Made by a program: the position numbers and the translations under genes. The notes under the pieces were generated by a model. It saw only the letters and a list, made by a program, of their open reading frames with translations. It had not been told where the DNA came from and ran no database searches. Source: an uncultured virus (IMG/VR IMGVR_UViG_3300008117_000066) (Duplodnaviria > Heunggongvirae > Uroviricota > Caudoviricetes). From it: DNA of 64,000 nucleotides. The stretch lies in IMG/VR virus record IMGVR_UViG_3300008117_000066; one strand, 5' to 3'. Numbering within the stretch: the stretch's first letter is position 1; every line of letters begins with the position of its first letter. This document shows, in pieces, positions 47,630 to 58,585 of the stretch.

Positions 47630-48352
47630 TTATCTTCCAAAAAGGGTAGAACCCAGGGATTGTAAAGCATTTGTAAATCCAACAAGTCTGTCGATCTTAC
47701 CAAACAGACGATCACTTTTCGATTCAATTCTGAAGCTATCTGAACCGAGGTAATGATAAACTATATCTCTATAGTGCATACGAACAACTAATTTTGCCAG
47801 CTTATCTCTATCATTCCAATTCAAATCGATTGCTGTAATTGCTGTTGGAAAAGCTTCAGTTAACTCAACAGTTTTAATTCTTTCCGCAGTCTCATCAAAT
47901 ACATTTATCAATACGGTTGTGGTATAATTGCTTTTGTAATTTGCAAAATAAGGTCTTCTATTTGATACCAAGACACCATCAGATATTTTTGATACATAGT
48001 CCATAGATCTAACTCTAGAATAATCTACGATTCCAAGAGTCCACTCTTCAAAAAAATCAGCTACGAATTTTTGATCTAAAACGAATTCTAGACTTATATC
48101 ACCCAACGTAGCGTTTGAAATGATTCTTTCTGAGAGACCATATCCGTATTTTTGAATGTCTTTGCCAACCAGAGTTACGCCAGGAATGGAAGCAGCACTA
48201 CAACGTAATGACAGTATTTCAGTTCTTTCTGGGTTCTTACTTCTGGCTTTCATACACGGGGGCATAGAGATCATGACATTGAAGAGATTGGTCTTCATGA
48301 CCCCTCTCTTGTTGATCTCCGACATAAATTCGCTTATTCTGAAGGTTGCCAT
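47630..48352 (-). CDS. 54: Tail tube initiator gp54-like
   Basis: C.AASIPG, FFEEW and EAFPTAI...LNW tube-fold pattern; gene order. Confidence 0.7.
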   Translation of the reverse strand: MATFRISEFMSEINKRGVMKTNLFNVMISMPPCMKARSKNPERTEILSLRCSAASIPGVTLVGKDIQKYGYGLSERIISNATLGDISLEFVLDQKFVADFFEEWTLGIVDYSRVRSMDYVSKISDGVLVSNRRPYFANYKSNYTTTVLINVFDETAERIKTVELTEAFPTAITAIDLNWNDRDKLAKLVVRMHYRDIVYHYLGSDSFRIESKSDRLFGKIDRLVGFTNALQSLGSTLFGR

Positions 48353-48357
48353 TTTGT

Positions 48358-48924
48358 TTACCTGTAAATGAAGTTTCCTGGTGAGTCAAAAGCTTCTTCC
48401 CACATTGCTCTTGGGATTTGTATTTTAGCTGTACGCACATAGCTATTTAGATACTTTTTATAACCTTTGTAATTAGATCCAACTTCGGATATTAATGCCA
48501 TAGCCTCGCCTGGATCACCATCATCATCTAGGATATTCATTATTTCTTGTAATAGTGTTTTACGAGCCTGTTTATCGATATAATGAATATTAATACCAGC
48601 AAACCCACCACCAGTAAAATCGGTTACAAACACAACAGGAAATGTGTCCCATACAGGAAGTCTGGCTTTATTCTTTGCATCATAGGTGAACATCCAGAAT
48701 TGAAGCGGATATTGGTCTTTACTTGGGTTTTGGCTTTTATTTTCCTGAAGAGCTTCAGTAAGCTCTATTTTTGACACCATTCTGCCATCTTTGGCATACC
48801 AAAAACCGCGCTGTTCATACCCAAGATCTTCCAGGATATCTCGCTGCTCTTCAGTGAATGCCTGTTCTTTTTTGGCTAAGTCTGCTAATCCGCCAGTCAA
48901 TACATCAATTAATCTTTCAGCCAT
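48358..48924 (-). CDS. 2: DNA end protector gp2-like (divergent)
   Basis: MFTYDAK.K..LP.WD.FP, GINIHY and K.YL.S.V; adjacent to gene 4. Confidence 0.72.
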   Translation of the reverse strand: MAERLIDVLTGGLADLAKKEQAFTEEQRDILEDLGYEQRGFWYAKDGRMVSKIELTEALQENKSQNPSKDQYPLQFWMFTYDAKNKARLPVWDTFPVVFVTDFTGGGFAGINIHYIDKQARKTLLQEIMNILDDDGDPGEAMALISEVGSNYKGYKKYLNSYVRTAKIQIPRAMWEEAFDSPGNFIYR

Positions 48925-49363
48925 TGTAGATTATTCCAAGATCTTTTTCGGTTAATATTAGAAATTGCCATTGCCTGTCGGCGCAATAGTTTTTTGCTGC
49001 CTTCCACTTTGCCTGGTTTACGCCCCAGGTGTACACTTCGGTTAAGTAACTTTTTGTCTTTTTTTTCTGCACAACAGGTTCTTTTGTTTGCTTTTCTGGC
49101 TTGACTTCGACCACAATAGTTTCAATTACCCCATCTTTGTTTTTACGTTTGACCTTAAAGTCTGGGTAATATCTATGAACTTTCCCATCAATCGGTGATA
49201 AATAGGGTATGAAGAACTCCTCACTGGACCATTTTAGAACGTCTGGATGCTTGTCTAACCAGATCATGTACTTCAATTCCCAGGAGCTTCGGTAGATTAT
49301 ATTAGTGTGTTGCCCTTCGTATTTTGAAGGGTTTTGGGGTTGAAAGTAACCTTTATAAGCCAT
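48917..49363 (-). CDS. 4: Head completion protein gp4
   Basis: YRSSWE, WSSEE, HRYYPDF, EVKP and NQAKWKAA. Confidence 0.93.
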   Translation of the reverse strand: MAYKGYFQPQNPSKYEGQHTNIIYRSSWELKYMIWLDKHPDVLKWSSEEFFIPYLSPIDGKVHRYYPDFKVKRKNKDGVIETIVVEVKPEKQTKEPVVQKKKTKSYLTEVYTWGVNQAKWKAAKNYCADRQWQFLILTEKDLGIIYNG

Positions 49364-49373
49364 TTGAATCCAC

Positions 49374-49401
49374 TATAAATAATAAGCACTCTCCTATTTA
49401 G
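49374..49401. promoter_or_regulatory. Pair of opposed late promoters for the divergent tail operons
   Basis: TATAAATA (+, 49374-49381) and CTAAATA (-, 49395-49401). Confidence 0.75.
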
Positions 49402-49409
49402 AGACATTT

Positions 49410-50807
49410 ATGGCATTACAAGTAGCAAAACCAGATCAAAAGTTAACCACGGATAATCCAGAAAATCCAATCAAATCGATTGTGAAGTCTGTTGACGAGA
49501 GACTTCAAGAGCTAAATGGTATCCTGGGGACTGCTGTATCAGCTGTTGATGGAAGCTTTAATTCCAGGGAAGAATTTAATAAGTTCAAAAATGATGTTGC
49601 CAAAAAGTATGGTATAGATTCCGCTTTGTCTACAATTAACGAGACTATGGGTTTGGTTAAGTCTTTTGAACTTGCTTTAAAAGGAATACCAAACGATGGT
49701 TCGCCTAAAGCAAATTATTCTCAGATAACAAAAGTTGGTAAGTATCAATATCCATCAGATTTGGGTGGCATATATTTACAAATAAGTCTGAAAGAATGGA
49801 AGAAATTGAGTGCTTTTGGTAAAAATACAATGGACACAAAAACTACCATTGCTTTACCTTTGCCCAAAAATCTGGTAGAATCACACAATGTTGGTTACAA
49901 ACAAACTTCGTTGGGATCTGTTGTTGGCGGTATGAAACAAGGTGCTCTTGGTGCAGCCACTGGTCAAACCGATGATTATCAAAAAAGATTGACTGTTAGT
50001 ATTGGATCTGCTCTAACAGAAGCTGCTATTCGTGAGGCAGAAGGGGCAGCAACAAAAGCAGCTGGAGGTATGCCAATTGGTGGTGATGCCCTTGCTTCTA
50101 TTGCGACAACTACTGCAAATATCGCCACTGAAATAAAAAACGCTTTGGATAATGCAACAGAACAAGCTTTAGGATTGGCATATAATCCGAATTTAACATT
50201 AGTTCTTGGTGGTCCGACTTTACGACAACATAACTTTACCTGGCTCTTATCAGCAAAAAACTATGCGGAAAGCAAAGTGATAAAAGATATTGTAAACGAG
50301 CTTAGAAAAGCCATGCTTCCATCGTCTGTTGACGGATTTATGTACAAATATCCAAATTACGCTTTGATAAGAATTCATCCAAAAAATGATTTCTTGTATA
50401 AATTCAAACCATGCGTTATCGCTGGACTTACTGTTAATTATGCTGGTGCTGGCTACCCATCTTTTATGCCAGGTCAAGAAACTGGTAACCACCCACCAAC
50501 TTTTGTTGAGTTATCTATTATTTTCCAAGAAGTCGAAACAATCATCAGAGAAAATATTGAAAGCGGTGACGAGTTCTTGAGTAATGCTAAAACGGAAGGT
50601 TCTACTGTTGGCGTGTTTGATTCGTTCCCAGAATCTATTATTAAAATTGCTGATTTTGGTCTTGACACTGGTATAAACTCTGCTGTTGATCTTACTTTTG
50701 ATGCAGCAAAATCAGTCGGAAGTAGAATAGGAAAGATTACTGATAATGCAGCGATAAGACTTAATCCACCAACTCCACCAGCTGGTGGAACGCCAGGGGG
50801 CGGATAA
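49410..50807 (+). CDS. 48: Baseplate tail-tube cap gp48-like
   Basis: YPSDL, IALPLP, NPN......P.LR.H.F.W, CVI....VNY and L.I.FQE. Confidence 0.78.
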   Translation: MALQVAKPDQKLTTDNPENPIKSIVKSVDERLQELNGILGTAVSAVDGSFNSREEFNKFKNDVAKKYGIDSALSTINETMGLVKSFELALKGIPNDGSPKANYSQITKVGKYQYPSDLGGIYLQISLKEWKKLSAFGKNTMDTKTTIALPLPKNLVESHNVGYKQTSLGSVVGGMKQGALGAATGQTDDYQKRLTVSIGSALTEAAIREAEGAATKAAGGMPIGGDALASIATTTANIATEIKNALDNATEQALGLAYNPNLTLVLGGPTLRQHNFTWLLSAKNYAESKVIKDIVNELRKAMLPSSVDGFMYKYPNYALIRIHPKNDFLYKFKPCVIAGLTVNYAGAGYPSFMPGQETGNHPPTFVELSIIFQEVETIIRENIESGDEFLSNAKTEGSTVGVFDSFPESIIKIADFGLDTGINSAVDLTFDAAKSVGSRIGKITDNAAIRLNPPTPPAGGTPGGG

Positions 50808-51682
50808 TGGCTAGACCATATTTTTCAAATTTACCAATAATGAATTATGACGGCTATGTTAGCATAGACCTTCTTTCTCGTGTCGTTGCTAGAACAGTAG
50901 CACCTGTTACAGAGTCTTTCTACTTTAACTATGTGGTCAAAGACGGTGAACGTGCTGATTCCGTAGCCAGTGACTTTTATGGTAATCCAAATTATGTTTG
51001 GTCTATCTACCTGGTAAACAACATACTTGATCCAGCGCATGAGTGGTTTAAGACCGAAGAAGATTTGTATGAGTTCATCATAAAAAAATATGGAACTTAT
51101 TCAAAAGCTGCTAATAAAATTGTGTTTTATCGAAATAATTACGATACCGATGATACTGAAGTGTCTTTGGCTGGGTATGAAACCCTACCAGTAAACCCGT
51201 CTGCTGAATATCCATACAATCTAAAACGCTTTTATTCTCCAATCGTGAATGAATATAACAACGTTGTTAGCTACAAAAGAACAAGTCTTGATGAAGTTCG
51301 ATCAACCAATAAAATTATAGAACTAACATTAGATTCTACTGATTATAATATTGGTGAAAGAATAACTCAAAAAACTGCTGGTGTTGTTACTGCATCTGCT
51401 TTTGTGTCTGCCAAAGATCTTAACAAATTGGTTGTTCAACATGTAACTGGAACTTTTGGAACAGCATCGGCAGTTGTTGGAGAAGATTCCGCAGCATCAG
51501 AAACACCATCTGTAGTGACTTTAATCACTAAAGTCATACCTGATGAAGAACTCGCCTTCTTCACTGATGTTACTGCCCTGGATTATGAAACAGAATTAAA
51601 TGAAAGTCGTAAAATTATTAAATTGATTCGCCCAGAATATATTGATAGTATTGAATCTCAACTTATAGGATTATTTGCTTAA
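50807..51682 (+). CDS. 53: Baseplate wedge gp53 (LysM-like)
   Basis: YFSNLP, GERAD.VA..FYG...Y.W and YE...NE..R.IKL. Confidence 0.85.
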   Translation: MARPYFSNLPIMNYDGYVSIDLLSRVVARTVAPVTESFYFNYVVKDGERADSVASDFYGNPNYVWSIYLVNNILDPAHEWFKTEEDLYEFIIKKYGTYSKAANKIVFYRNNYDTDDTEVSLAGYETLPVNPSAEYPYNLKRFYSPIVNEYNNVVSYKRTSLDEVRSTNKIIELTLDSTDYNIGERITQKTAGVVTASAFVSAKDLNKLVVQHVTGTFGTASAVVGEDSAASETPSVVTLITKVIPDEELAFFTDVTALDYETELNESRKIIKLIRPEYIDSIESQLIGLFA

Positions 51683-52944
51683 TGGCAACAGATAAGTTTA
51701 AACCAGGTGATGTGGATATTAAAAATTTAGTTATATCTACACATACTGGGGTCAGCATTTCTTTGACTGATATGTATATTGAATTTTCAGTATTCGAAGA
51801 TATGTTGAGTCCATTTTTAACAGCCACCATACAGGTTGTTGACAGCGTTGGTATATTAAAAAATGCTCCACTTTTAGGTGGTGAACTTGTTATTGTTGAA
51901 TTCGCCACACCAACAAGAAAATCAGCAAAGTATACATTCTATGTTAAGTCTATTGACAACGTTGATGTTGTGGCACCGATGAACGTCAGCTATAGCTATA
52001 CACTAAACTGTGTCTCAGAAGAAGCTTTTATAGACAACACAAAAATAATAGCAAAAACATATACTGGAACTGTAAACGATATAATAGCTAATGTTTTAAA
52101 AAAAGATCTTGGATCAAAGAAGAATTTTTACTACGATACTACAAGAGGTGTTCAGGACTTTGTTATTAATTACGAAAAACCCTTTACTGCAATAAGAAGA
52201 TTATCTAAACGTGGTGTTTCTTTGCAAGAAAGATCTTCATCTTTTATGTTCTTTGAAGGAAGAGACGGGTTTTACTACATGACCCTGGAATCTCTGGCTG
52301 ATCTTAAAAAAGATAATATTGGCGATAAAACGTTTTTGAATGTTCCAATGTCAGGATCTAAAGAATCAAATAACCCAGAAGAATTTCGCAGCTTGATTGG
52401 TATGGTTGTTGGAGATACACCAAGCTTATCAGATGATATCGAGTCTGGCGTTATGAATAGTCAAACAAAAACGTTTGACATGCTAACAAAAACACTAAAA
52501 ACTACTAAATTTAATATTGCAGAGAAAGTAAAAGATTATAAATGTTTTTCATCAAAAAAAAATGAATCCATAAGACTGCCAGACAAAATTGTAAAAAAAT
52601 ATGGAGCCGAGTCAAGTAAAGTTTATTTTCGTGTTAACGATGGCAGCTCTAAAGAAAATTATATTGACGATATGTTAGCGGGTAAACTAGCCTATACAAT
52701 GCTTGCTTTAAAATCGCCAAATCTGATAAATGCTCACGGTGATTCTACTCTTGGTGTTGGTGATTTAATAACTGTAAAATATGCAAAATCCAGTGCTGTT
52801 GATGGTGATAGTAAAAAGGAAGAACGTTATACATCAGGCAATCAAATGGTTATTCGCTTACGACATATGGTTCGCAAAACTGGTTCTGGTCCTAAATTTG
52901 TGACTGCTATGGAAACTATTAGCTTTTTTGGTGGTGAACCATGA
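51682..52944 (+). CDS. Baseplate hub protein (gp27-like)
   Basis: FED...P..TA.I...D, GGE and FMFFE; located between 53 and 5. Confidence 0.65.
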   Translation: MATDKFKPGDVDIKNLVISTHTGVSISLTDMYIEFSVFEDMLSPFLTATIQVVDSVGILKNAPLLGGELVIVEFATPTRKSAKYTFYVKSIDNVDVVAPMNVSYSYTLNCVSEEAFIDNTKIIAKTYTGTVNDIIANVLKKDLGSKKNFYYDTTRGVQDFVINYEKPFTAIRRLSKRGVSLQERSSSFMFFEGRDGFYYMTLESLADLKKDNIGDKTFLNVPMSGSKESNNPEEFRSLIGMVVGDTPSLSDDIESGVMNSQTKTFDMLTKTLKTTKFNIAEKVKDYKCFSSKKNESIRLPDKIVKKYGAESSKVYFRVNDGSSKENYIDDMLAGKLAYTMLALKSPNLINAHGDSTLGVGDLITVKYAKSSAVDGDSKKEERYTSGNQMVIRLRHMVRKTGSGPKFVTAMETISFFGGEP

Positions 52945-53756
52945 CTACATTAAGTGTTGGCGAAGAAGGGTTCTTTTGGTTCTTCGGTGTTGTAGAGGAT
53001 ATCGAAGATCCTTTACAAGTTGGTCGTGTTCGCGTTAGAATTTACAATCAACATAACGAAGACAAGAATCAAATGCCAAAAGAGGCATTGCCCTGGGCGA
53101 TGGTTCTACAGTCCTCTGTCAGTGCAGCGTCTGATGGTATCGGTATATCACCAACTGGTATAGCGATAGGATCTACAGTTATTGGTTTCTTTGTTGATGG
53201 TATGGAAAAACAAATTCCGTTTGTTCTTGGGACATATGCTGGTATTCCAAAAGATAATGATGTTGCCCAGGTAGCAAGAGGGAAGAACAGCGTATCAAAA
53301 GAGAAAGTTGGACCAGAACCAGATCAAACATACGATTCTAAATATCCACACAATAAAACAATGACCACTACTTCTGGTCATGTCATCGAGATAGATGACA
53401 CGCCAAACGCTGAGCGAATCCATATATTCCACAAGTCTGGAAGTTATGTGGAGATGAACCAGGATGGATCGGTTGTCAGTAAAGCTGCTGGATCTGATTT
53501 TGATATTGTTGCAAAAGATAAGACAATTTATGTTGGTGGCAACGCCAATATAGAAATCAGTGGTAATGCAAAGATAGATGTTGGTGGAACTGTCGATGCC
53601 ACGGTTGGCGGTCAGGTTAATATACAAGCATCAAAAGTCAATATTGGCTGCGATGTTATTGTAGACGGTGATGTTGTCGCTTCTGGTATCAGTTTAACCA
53701 AGCATATACATGGTGGTGTTGATACTGGTCCAGGAAAAACCTCTAAGCCAGAGTAA
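52941..53756 (+). CDS. 5: Baseplate spike gp5-like (OB fold plus beta-helix, no lysozyme domain)
   Basis: GVVED..DP...GRVRVR, LPWA, SGHVIEIDDTP..ERI...HKSG and C-terminal HIH. Confidence 0.88.
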   Translation: MTTLSVGEEGFFWFFGVVEDIEDPLQVGRVRVRIYNQHNEDKNQMPKEALPWAMVLQSSVSAASDGIGISPTGIAIGSTVIGFFVDGMEKQIPFVLGTYAGIPKDNDVAQVARGKNSVSKEKVGPEPDQTYDSKYPHNKTMTTTSGHVIEIDDTPNAERIHIFHKSGSYVEMNQDGSVVSKAAGSDFDIVAKDKTIYVGGNANIEISGNAKIDVGGTVDATVGGQVNIQASKVNIGCDVIVDGDVVASGISLTKHIHGGVDTGPGKTSKPE

Positions 53757-53782
53757 TAAATACTGTATAAAAGGATTCAAAA

Positions 53783-54223
53783 ATGTCCGTAGGATATAAA
53801 ACAGCGCCATTCACAAGATCTGATAAGTTCACTGAGCTTATCAATAGACCCGTGAAGTTTTCTGATATACCAACAAATCTAGATGTTCATCCGAACACTA
53901 GCGATTTGATTAGAATTACTAACGAAAACTCAATCAAAAAACAGATGAGAAATCTGTTGTTGACCGACAAATATGAGCGTGTGTTTTTACCATCTTATGG
54001 TTGTTCTATCAGAAGTATTTTATTTGAAAATTTAGATGATCAAACTGCTTTGGTTGTTAAAGATTTAATCACAGAAGCAGTGAAAAATCACATGCCACAT
54101 GTTCGAGTGTTGGCAGTTAAAGTGAACAGTATGGAAAATGGTGTTGTTATTGAGATTGTTTTTGTAGCACTAAATATTGAAGGCGATCAATCATTCAGCT
54201 TCTACCTGGAAAGAGTAAGATAA
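53783..54223 (+). CDS. 25: Baseplate wedge gp25
   Basis: SIK...RNLLLT...ER.F.P.YG..I...LFE. Confidence 0.88.
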   Translation: MSVGYKTAPFTRSDKFTELINRPVKFSDIPTNLDVHPNTSDLIRITNENSIKKQMRNLLLTDKYERVFLPSYGCSIRSILFENLDDQTALVVKDLITEAVKNHMPHVRVLAVKVNSMENGVVIEIVFVALNIEGDQSFSFYLERVR

Positions 54224-56007
54224 TGGCAAATAATTCAATTAACCTTGTACCACTAGATTTCATCACCCTTAGAAATCAGTTCAAGACATATCTATCAGCA
54301 CAGTCGCAGTTCACCGACTACGATTTTGATGCTTCTAACCTTTCTGTTTTGATTGACCTACTGGCATACAATACGTTCCATAACGCATTTTATCTGAACA
54401 TGATAGGAAACGAGATGTTCCTTGACTCTGCTCAGATGCGAGAATCTGTCATATCTCATGCCAAAGAACTTGGATATACTCCAAGATCGAATAAATCTGC
54501 TTCCGCTGTTGTCACTCTTCAAATTAACACTGGCACACCAAGCAGCGTTACTATTCCAAAAAATACCCCATTCATTGGTCGTATTGGTAGTAACACCTAT
54601 ACATTCACCACAAACACTGCTATAATTTCGTCTAGCACAACTAATACTGTGGTGATTGAAAACGTATCTCTTTATGAAGGAACAATCGGAAACGATGTGT
54701 TTGTCTACGATAGTGGAAACACTTTTCAACGTTTCTTATTGTCTGACCCAAATATAGACACTAGCAGTCTTTATGTTACAGTTCTTGAAAACAGTGGTGC
54801 TAACGTATACACATATCGTCTTGCAACATCATTGTTTGATCTCGATGCACTGTCTCAAGTATATTTCCTGGCTGCTGCCGAAGATGGTAAGTATGAAATT
54901 AAATTCGGAGACGGCACTATTGGTCGTGTTCCAAAGAACGGATCGACTCTTTCGGCTCAATACAGACGCTGTAATGGAGATCTTCCAAACTTAATTTCAG
55001 TGTTTTCCCCAGCGGGTACTATTGGTGGTTTCTCTAATGTCAATGTTATCACAACAACTGCTGCTCTTGGTGGGCAATACACAGAGGGTGTTGAGTCTAT
55101 TCGATTTAATGCCCCACGTCACTTTGCCACCCAGGAACGTGCTGTCACTGCAAGCGACTACGAAACTCTGTTGAAACTAAACTTTCCAGAGCTTACTTCT
55201 GTATCGGTTTACGGTGGTGAAGAAATCGAACCACCACAATATGGTAAAGTGTTCATCACACCAAACATCACTGGTATCACTGGTTTACCAGCCAGCAAGA
55301 AAACTCAGTATATGAATTTCATCAAGACTCGCTCACCGCTTACTATCGAGCCTGTATTTACTGAGCCTGAATACCTGTTCATTGCTGTTGACTCTGTTGT
55401 TAATTATAACTTGAATCTGACTTCAGTTGATCCAGAATTCATCGCTGCTCTGGTGTCTGATGCTATCATCACATTCAACATAAATAATATTAGTGACTTC
55501 AAATCAACTCTTCGTTACAGTAAATTGGTTGAGGCTATGGATGATGCTGACGAATCTATCATTAGTAATGATACTGATCTTAGTGTCTACAAAGTTCTCC
55601 AGTTTACACCAAACACAACAAAGAATTACACAATTTCCTACGATCTGCCTCTGATCGATAATCTTCCAGCCCTGGAAGCAAGTCACCCAGCTCAAGAAAT
55701 TCATGCTATTTCATCGTCCTATTTCTTCTACAAGGGTCGTGTTTGCCAGCTGGAAGACAATGGTGATGGTATCATGAGAATCGTTGCTGATGAGAATCAA
55801 GTACACTCGACCATTATCAATGTAGGAACAGTTGATTATGCAACAGGAAAGATTGAGCTGATTAACTTTGGCAACATAGCTGCTGACAATAATAGAATCA
55901 AAGTATATGCAAAAACAAAATCCAAGGATGTTGCATCCAAACGTAATGTTATTCTGACAATTCTAAGAGAAGACATAAATATTGACGTTAACCAAGTAAG
56001 AGAATAA
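54223..56007 (+). CDS. 6: Baseplate wedge gp6
   Basis: LDF..L, DYDF..S.LS.LIDLLAYNT, E.FLDSA..R, FGDG and QERAVT..DY. Confidence 0.93.
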   Translation: MANNSINLVPLDFITLRNQFKTYLSAQSQFTDYDFDASNLSVLIDLLAYNTFHNAFYLNMIGNEMFLDSAQMRESVISHAKELGYTPRSNKSASAVVTLQINTGTPSSVTIPKNTPFIGRIGSNTYTFTTNTAIISSSTTNTVVIENVSLYEGTIGNDVFVYDSGNTFQRFLLSDPNIDTSSLYVTVLENSGANVYTYRLATSLFDLDALSQVYFLAAAEDGKYEIKFGDGTIGRVPKNGSTLSAQYRRCNGDLPNLISVFSPAGTIGGFSNVNVITTTAALGGQYTEGVESIRFNAPRHFATQERAVTASDYETLLKLNFPELTSVSVYGGEEIEPPQYGKVFITPNITGITGLPASKKTQYMNFIKTRSPLTIEPVFTEPEYLFIAVDSVVNYNLNLTSVDPEFIAALVSDAIITFNINNISDFKSTLRYSKLVEAMDDADESIISNDTDLSVYKVLQFTPNTTKNYTISYDLPLIDNLPALEASHPAQEIHAISSSYFFYKGRVCQLEDNGDGIMRIVADENQVHSTIINVGTVDYATGKIELINFGNIAADNNRIKVYAKTKSKDVASKRNVILTILREDINIDVNQVRE

Positions 56008-56008
56008 A

Positions 56009-58555
56009 ATGAAAGACTTTGAGAAACAGATTTCATCGCTGATTGCAAATCAGTTCCCATCCTTGTATGCGGAAGAGGGTCCGTTTCTCATTGAATTTCT
56101 GAAAGCTTACTACGAGTGGATGGAGCTTGTCGGTAAACCAGTTTATGAATCAAGAACTCTGTTGAACTACAGGGATGTAGACGAAACAGTAGACGAGTTC
56201 TTGATTCACTTTAAGAAGAAGTTTCTGGCTGATATTCAGTTTGAAACTACAACAAACAAACGTTTATTCATCAAAAATGCTCTTGATTTTTATCGCTCGA
56301 AAGGTACAGAAAGATCGGTTGAGCTGCTGTTCAAGCTTGTTTATGGCGAGGATCCAGAAGTATATTTCCCATCAGAAGATATTTTTAGACTGTCTGATAA
56401 TGAGTGGGTCAAACCAACATATTTGGAAGTTACACCATCACCATACAATGCACTGTTTATCAATGAACAAATTGTTGGTGTAACATCTGGGGCAACTGCT
56501 TTTGTCGAGCGTTATGTGAGAAAACGTGTTGGTACAAAATACGTTGAAGTGCTTTACATCTCAGTCCCAACTGGCGACTTTGAAACTGGCGAGATTCTGC
56601 GTTTATCTGACGGTTCTGTTGTAGAAAATCTACCAGTCGTTGTTGGATCGACAACAACTCTTGATGTGGTTGGTGGTAGCTTGGGGTTTGCTGTTGGTGA
56701 TATTGTATCATTCGAATCAGAAACAGGACTCCAGGGTAAAGCTCGTGTAGCAGAAATCTCTGATGTTACTGGTGTTGTTGATTTCAATTTGGTGGAAAGT
56801 GGGTTTGGTTATTTTGCAAACTCCCCTGTTGTGGTCTCAACAAAATCTCTGAACCTGACCAACACATCAAACACAAACTTCGTTCTCTTTGAAACCGTAA
56901 CTCAACCAAAAGCAAACGTTCAGTTTGACACCCTTATTGGATCGTTTGTTGCAAATGATGATGTGTACTTTTATTACTCTGACGATAGCTCGGCTGGTGT
57001 TGGTAAAGTTCTTGAGCAGTCTAACACTGAGCTTTATATTAGCTTGATCTCTGGCGGTATAAAGACTTCGCTATCGACTGTTAATGCAGCAATATCGACA
57101 AATACCATAACAGTAAAAGCACAATCAAACGCCGTGACTGCAAATGTTACAGCGTTCATCAATAAAACCTCAACTGCTAACTTGATGGGTGTTGCCACAA
57201 ACAACGGTGTTATTGGATTGACTACTATTTTTGGGACTTTTGTTTCTCTCCCAGGTAATTATATTGAGCTTTCAAATAGCGGAATAACAGCAAACGTCAC
57301 GTCAGTCAGCACTGGTACTGGTGCTACGTTCCAGATCGCAAACTTAAACAATCAGGAATCTATTTGGTTCTGGACTGATAGAATTTCAAGTAAAAATAAC
57401 GGAAACGTATATTTCTATGACCTTCGTCTTGATGGATCAAACGCAAACAATGCTGGAAGTACATACGGGTTTCCAAAGTTTTTAGATGCAAATACATCAA
57501 CTGTTCTTTATACTGCTTTGAATATTGCATCTGGAAATATTGGTGGTGTATCTTCTATTAAAGCAGAAAACCCAGGAACAGATTATAATGTTGATCCTTT
57601 TGTTCTTATCCTTGAGGATGATATCTATGGATTTGATAAACGAGATTATGTAATTGATTTTACATACAACACTGGCTCTGTCGAGTTTATTGTTGGTGAA
57701 AAGATTTCTCAGGTACTGACTATTCCAAATAGCGTTACATTAACAGTAACGCAAGCTGGCGCTGGTATTAATTTTGGTGATTATATTTTCCAGTCAGATG
57801 GTGTGTCAAACGTGGCTACAGGTATCGTCCAAAGCTATTCTATTGTATCAAATACTGGTACTATAGTTGTCAATAGCGTAAGTGGAACTTTTGATCCAGC
57901 ATATGATATCACCTTCTTGTCAACGTCAAATACTGCAAACGTGTCTAGCGTTAATGCAACTGCTGTAAGTACAACAGCATCTGGAGTAATTAAAAGCATA
58001 ATAAATGCAAACGCAATGACAGTAAAAAGAATATCTTTTGCTAATTCTTTCTCTAATACTGGCGGTGCTATTATTGGTGCTGCTACAGCTGCAAGCGCAA
58101 ATATTGTATTAGCCACCCCACAAACAAACGCTCTTCCTATTGGTATAAATGCCGTAGTTTCAGCAAATGTACAAGCTGGTGCTGGTGCTATTACTGAACT
58201 TGAAGTAGTAGATTCTGGTTTCGGCTACGTTCAGGATGATATAATTTCGGGCACCTCTGAGGACGGTTTGAGAACAGTTAGCTTGAAAATTAACCTTGGT
58301 AAGCAAGGTATCAGCGAGGGTTATTACAACTCCATGAAGAGCTTTGCCAGTGCTGATAAGTATGTTCAAGATGGTGAATACTACCAGGAATACTCATACG
58401 AAATACTATCAAGACTACCGTTTAATAAGTACGCAGATGTTCTGAGAAAGGCACTTCATGTTGCTGGGACAAGATCTTTTGGATCGGTAGTAATGGCATC
58501 AAACAATCAAGCAACAATCACGGCTTCTTCGAATATTGTTTCCGAAGTAGGCTAA
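56009..58555 (+). CDS. 7: Baseplate wedge initiator gp7-like
   Basis: FL.AYYEW.E, FYRSKGT..S..LLF and QD..YYQEYSYEI...LH.AG; located between 6 and 8. Confidence 0.75.
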   Translation: MKDFEKQISSLIANQFPSLYAEEGPFLIEFLKAYYEWMELVGKPVYESRTLLNYRDVDETVDEFLIHFKKKFLADIQFETTTNKRLFIKNALDFYRSKGTERSVELLFKLVYGEDPEVYFPSEDIFRLSDNEWVKPTYLEVTPSPYNALFINEQIVGVTSGATAFVERYVRKRVGTKYVEVLYISVPTGDFETGEILRLSDGSVVENLPVVVGSTTTLDVVGGSLGFAVGDIVSFESETGLQGKARVAEISDVTGVVDFNLVESGFGYFANSPVVVSTKSLNLTNTSNTNFVLFETVTQPKANVQFDTLIGSFVANDDVYFYYSDDSSAGVGKVLEQSNTELYISLISGGIKTSLSTVNAAISTNTITVKAQSNAVTANVTAFINKTSTANLMGVATNNGVIGLTTIFGTFVSLPGNYIELSNSGITANVTSVSTGTGATFQIANLNNQESIWFWTDRISSKNNGNVYFYDLRLDGSNANNAGSTYGFPKFLDANTSTVLYTALNIASGNIGGVSSIKAENPGTDYNVDPFVLILEDDIYGFDKRDYVIDFTYNTGSVEFIVGEKISQVLTIPNSVTLTVTQAGAGINFGDYIFQSDGVSNVATGIVQSYSIVSNTGTIVVNSVSGTFDPAYDITFLSTSNTANVSSVNATAVSTTASGVIKSIINANAMTVKRISFANSFSNTGGAIIGAATAASANIVLATPQTNALPIGINAVVSANVQAGAGAITELEVVDSGFGYVQDDIISGTSEDGLRTVSLKINLGKQGISEGYYNSMKSFASADKYVQDGEYYQEYSYEILSRLPFNKYADVLRKALHVAGTRSFGSVVMASNNQATITASSNIVSEVG

Positions 58556-58585
58556 ATAGATACAGATCGATAATAGTGGATCATC

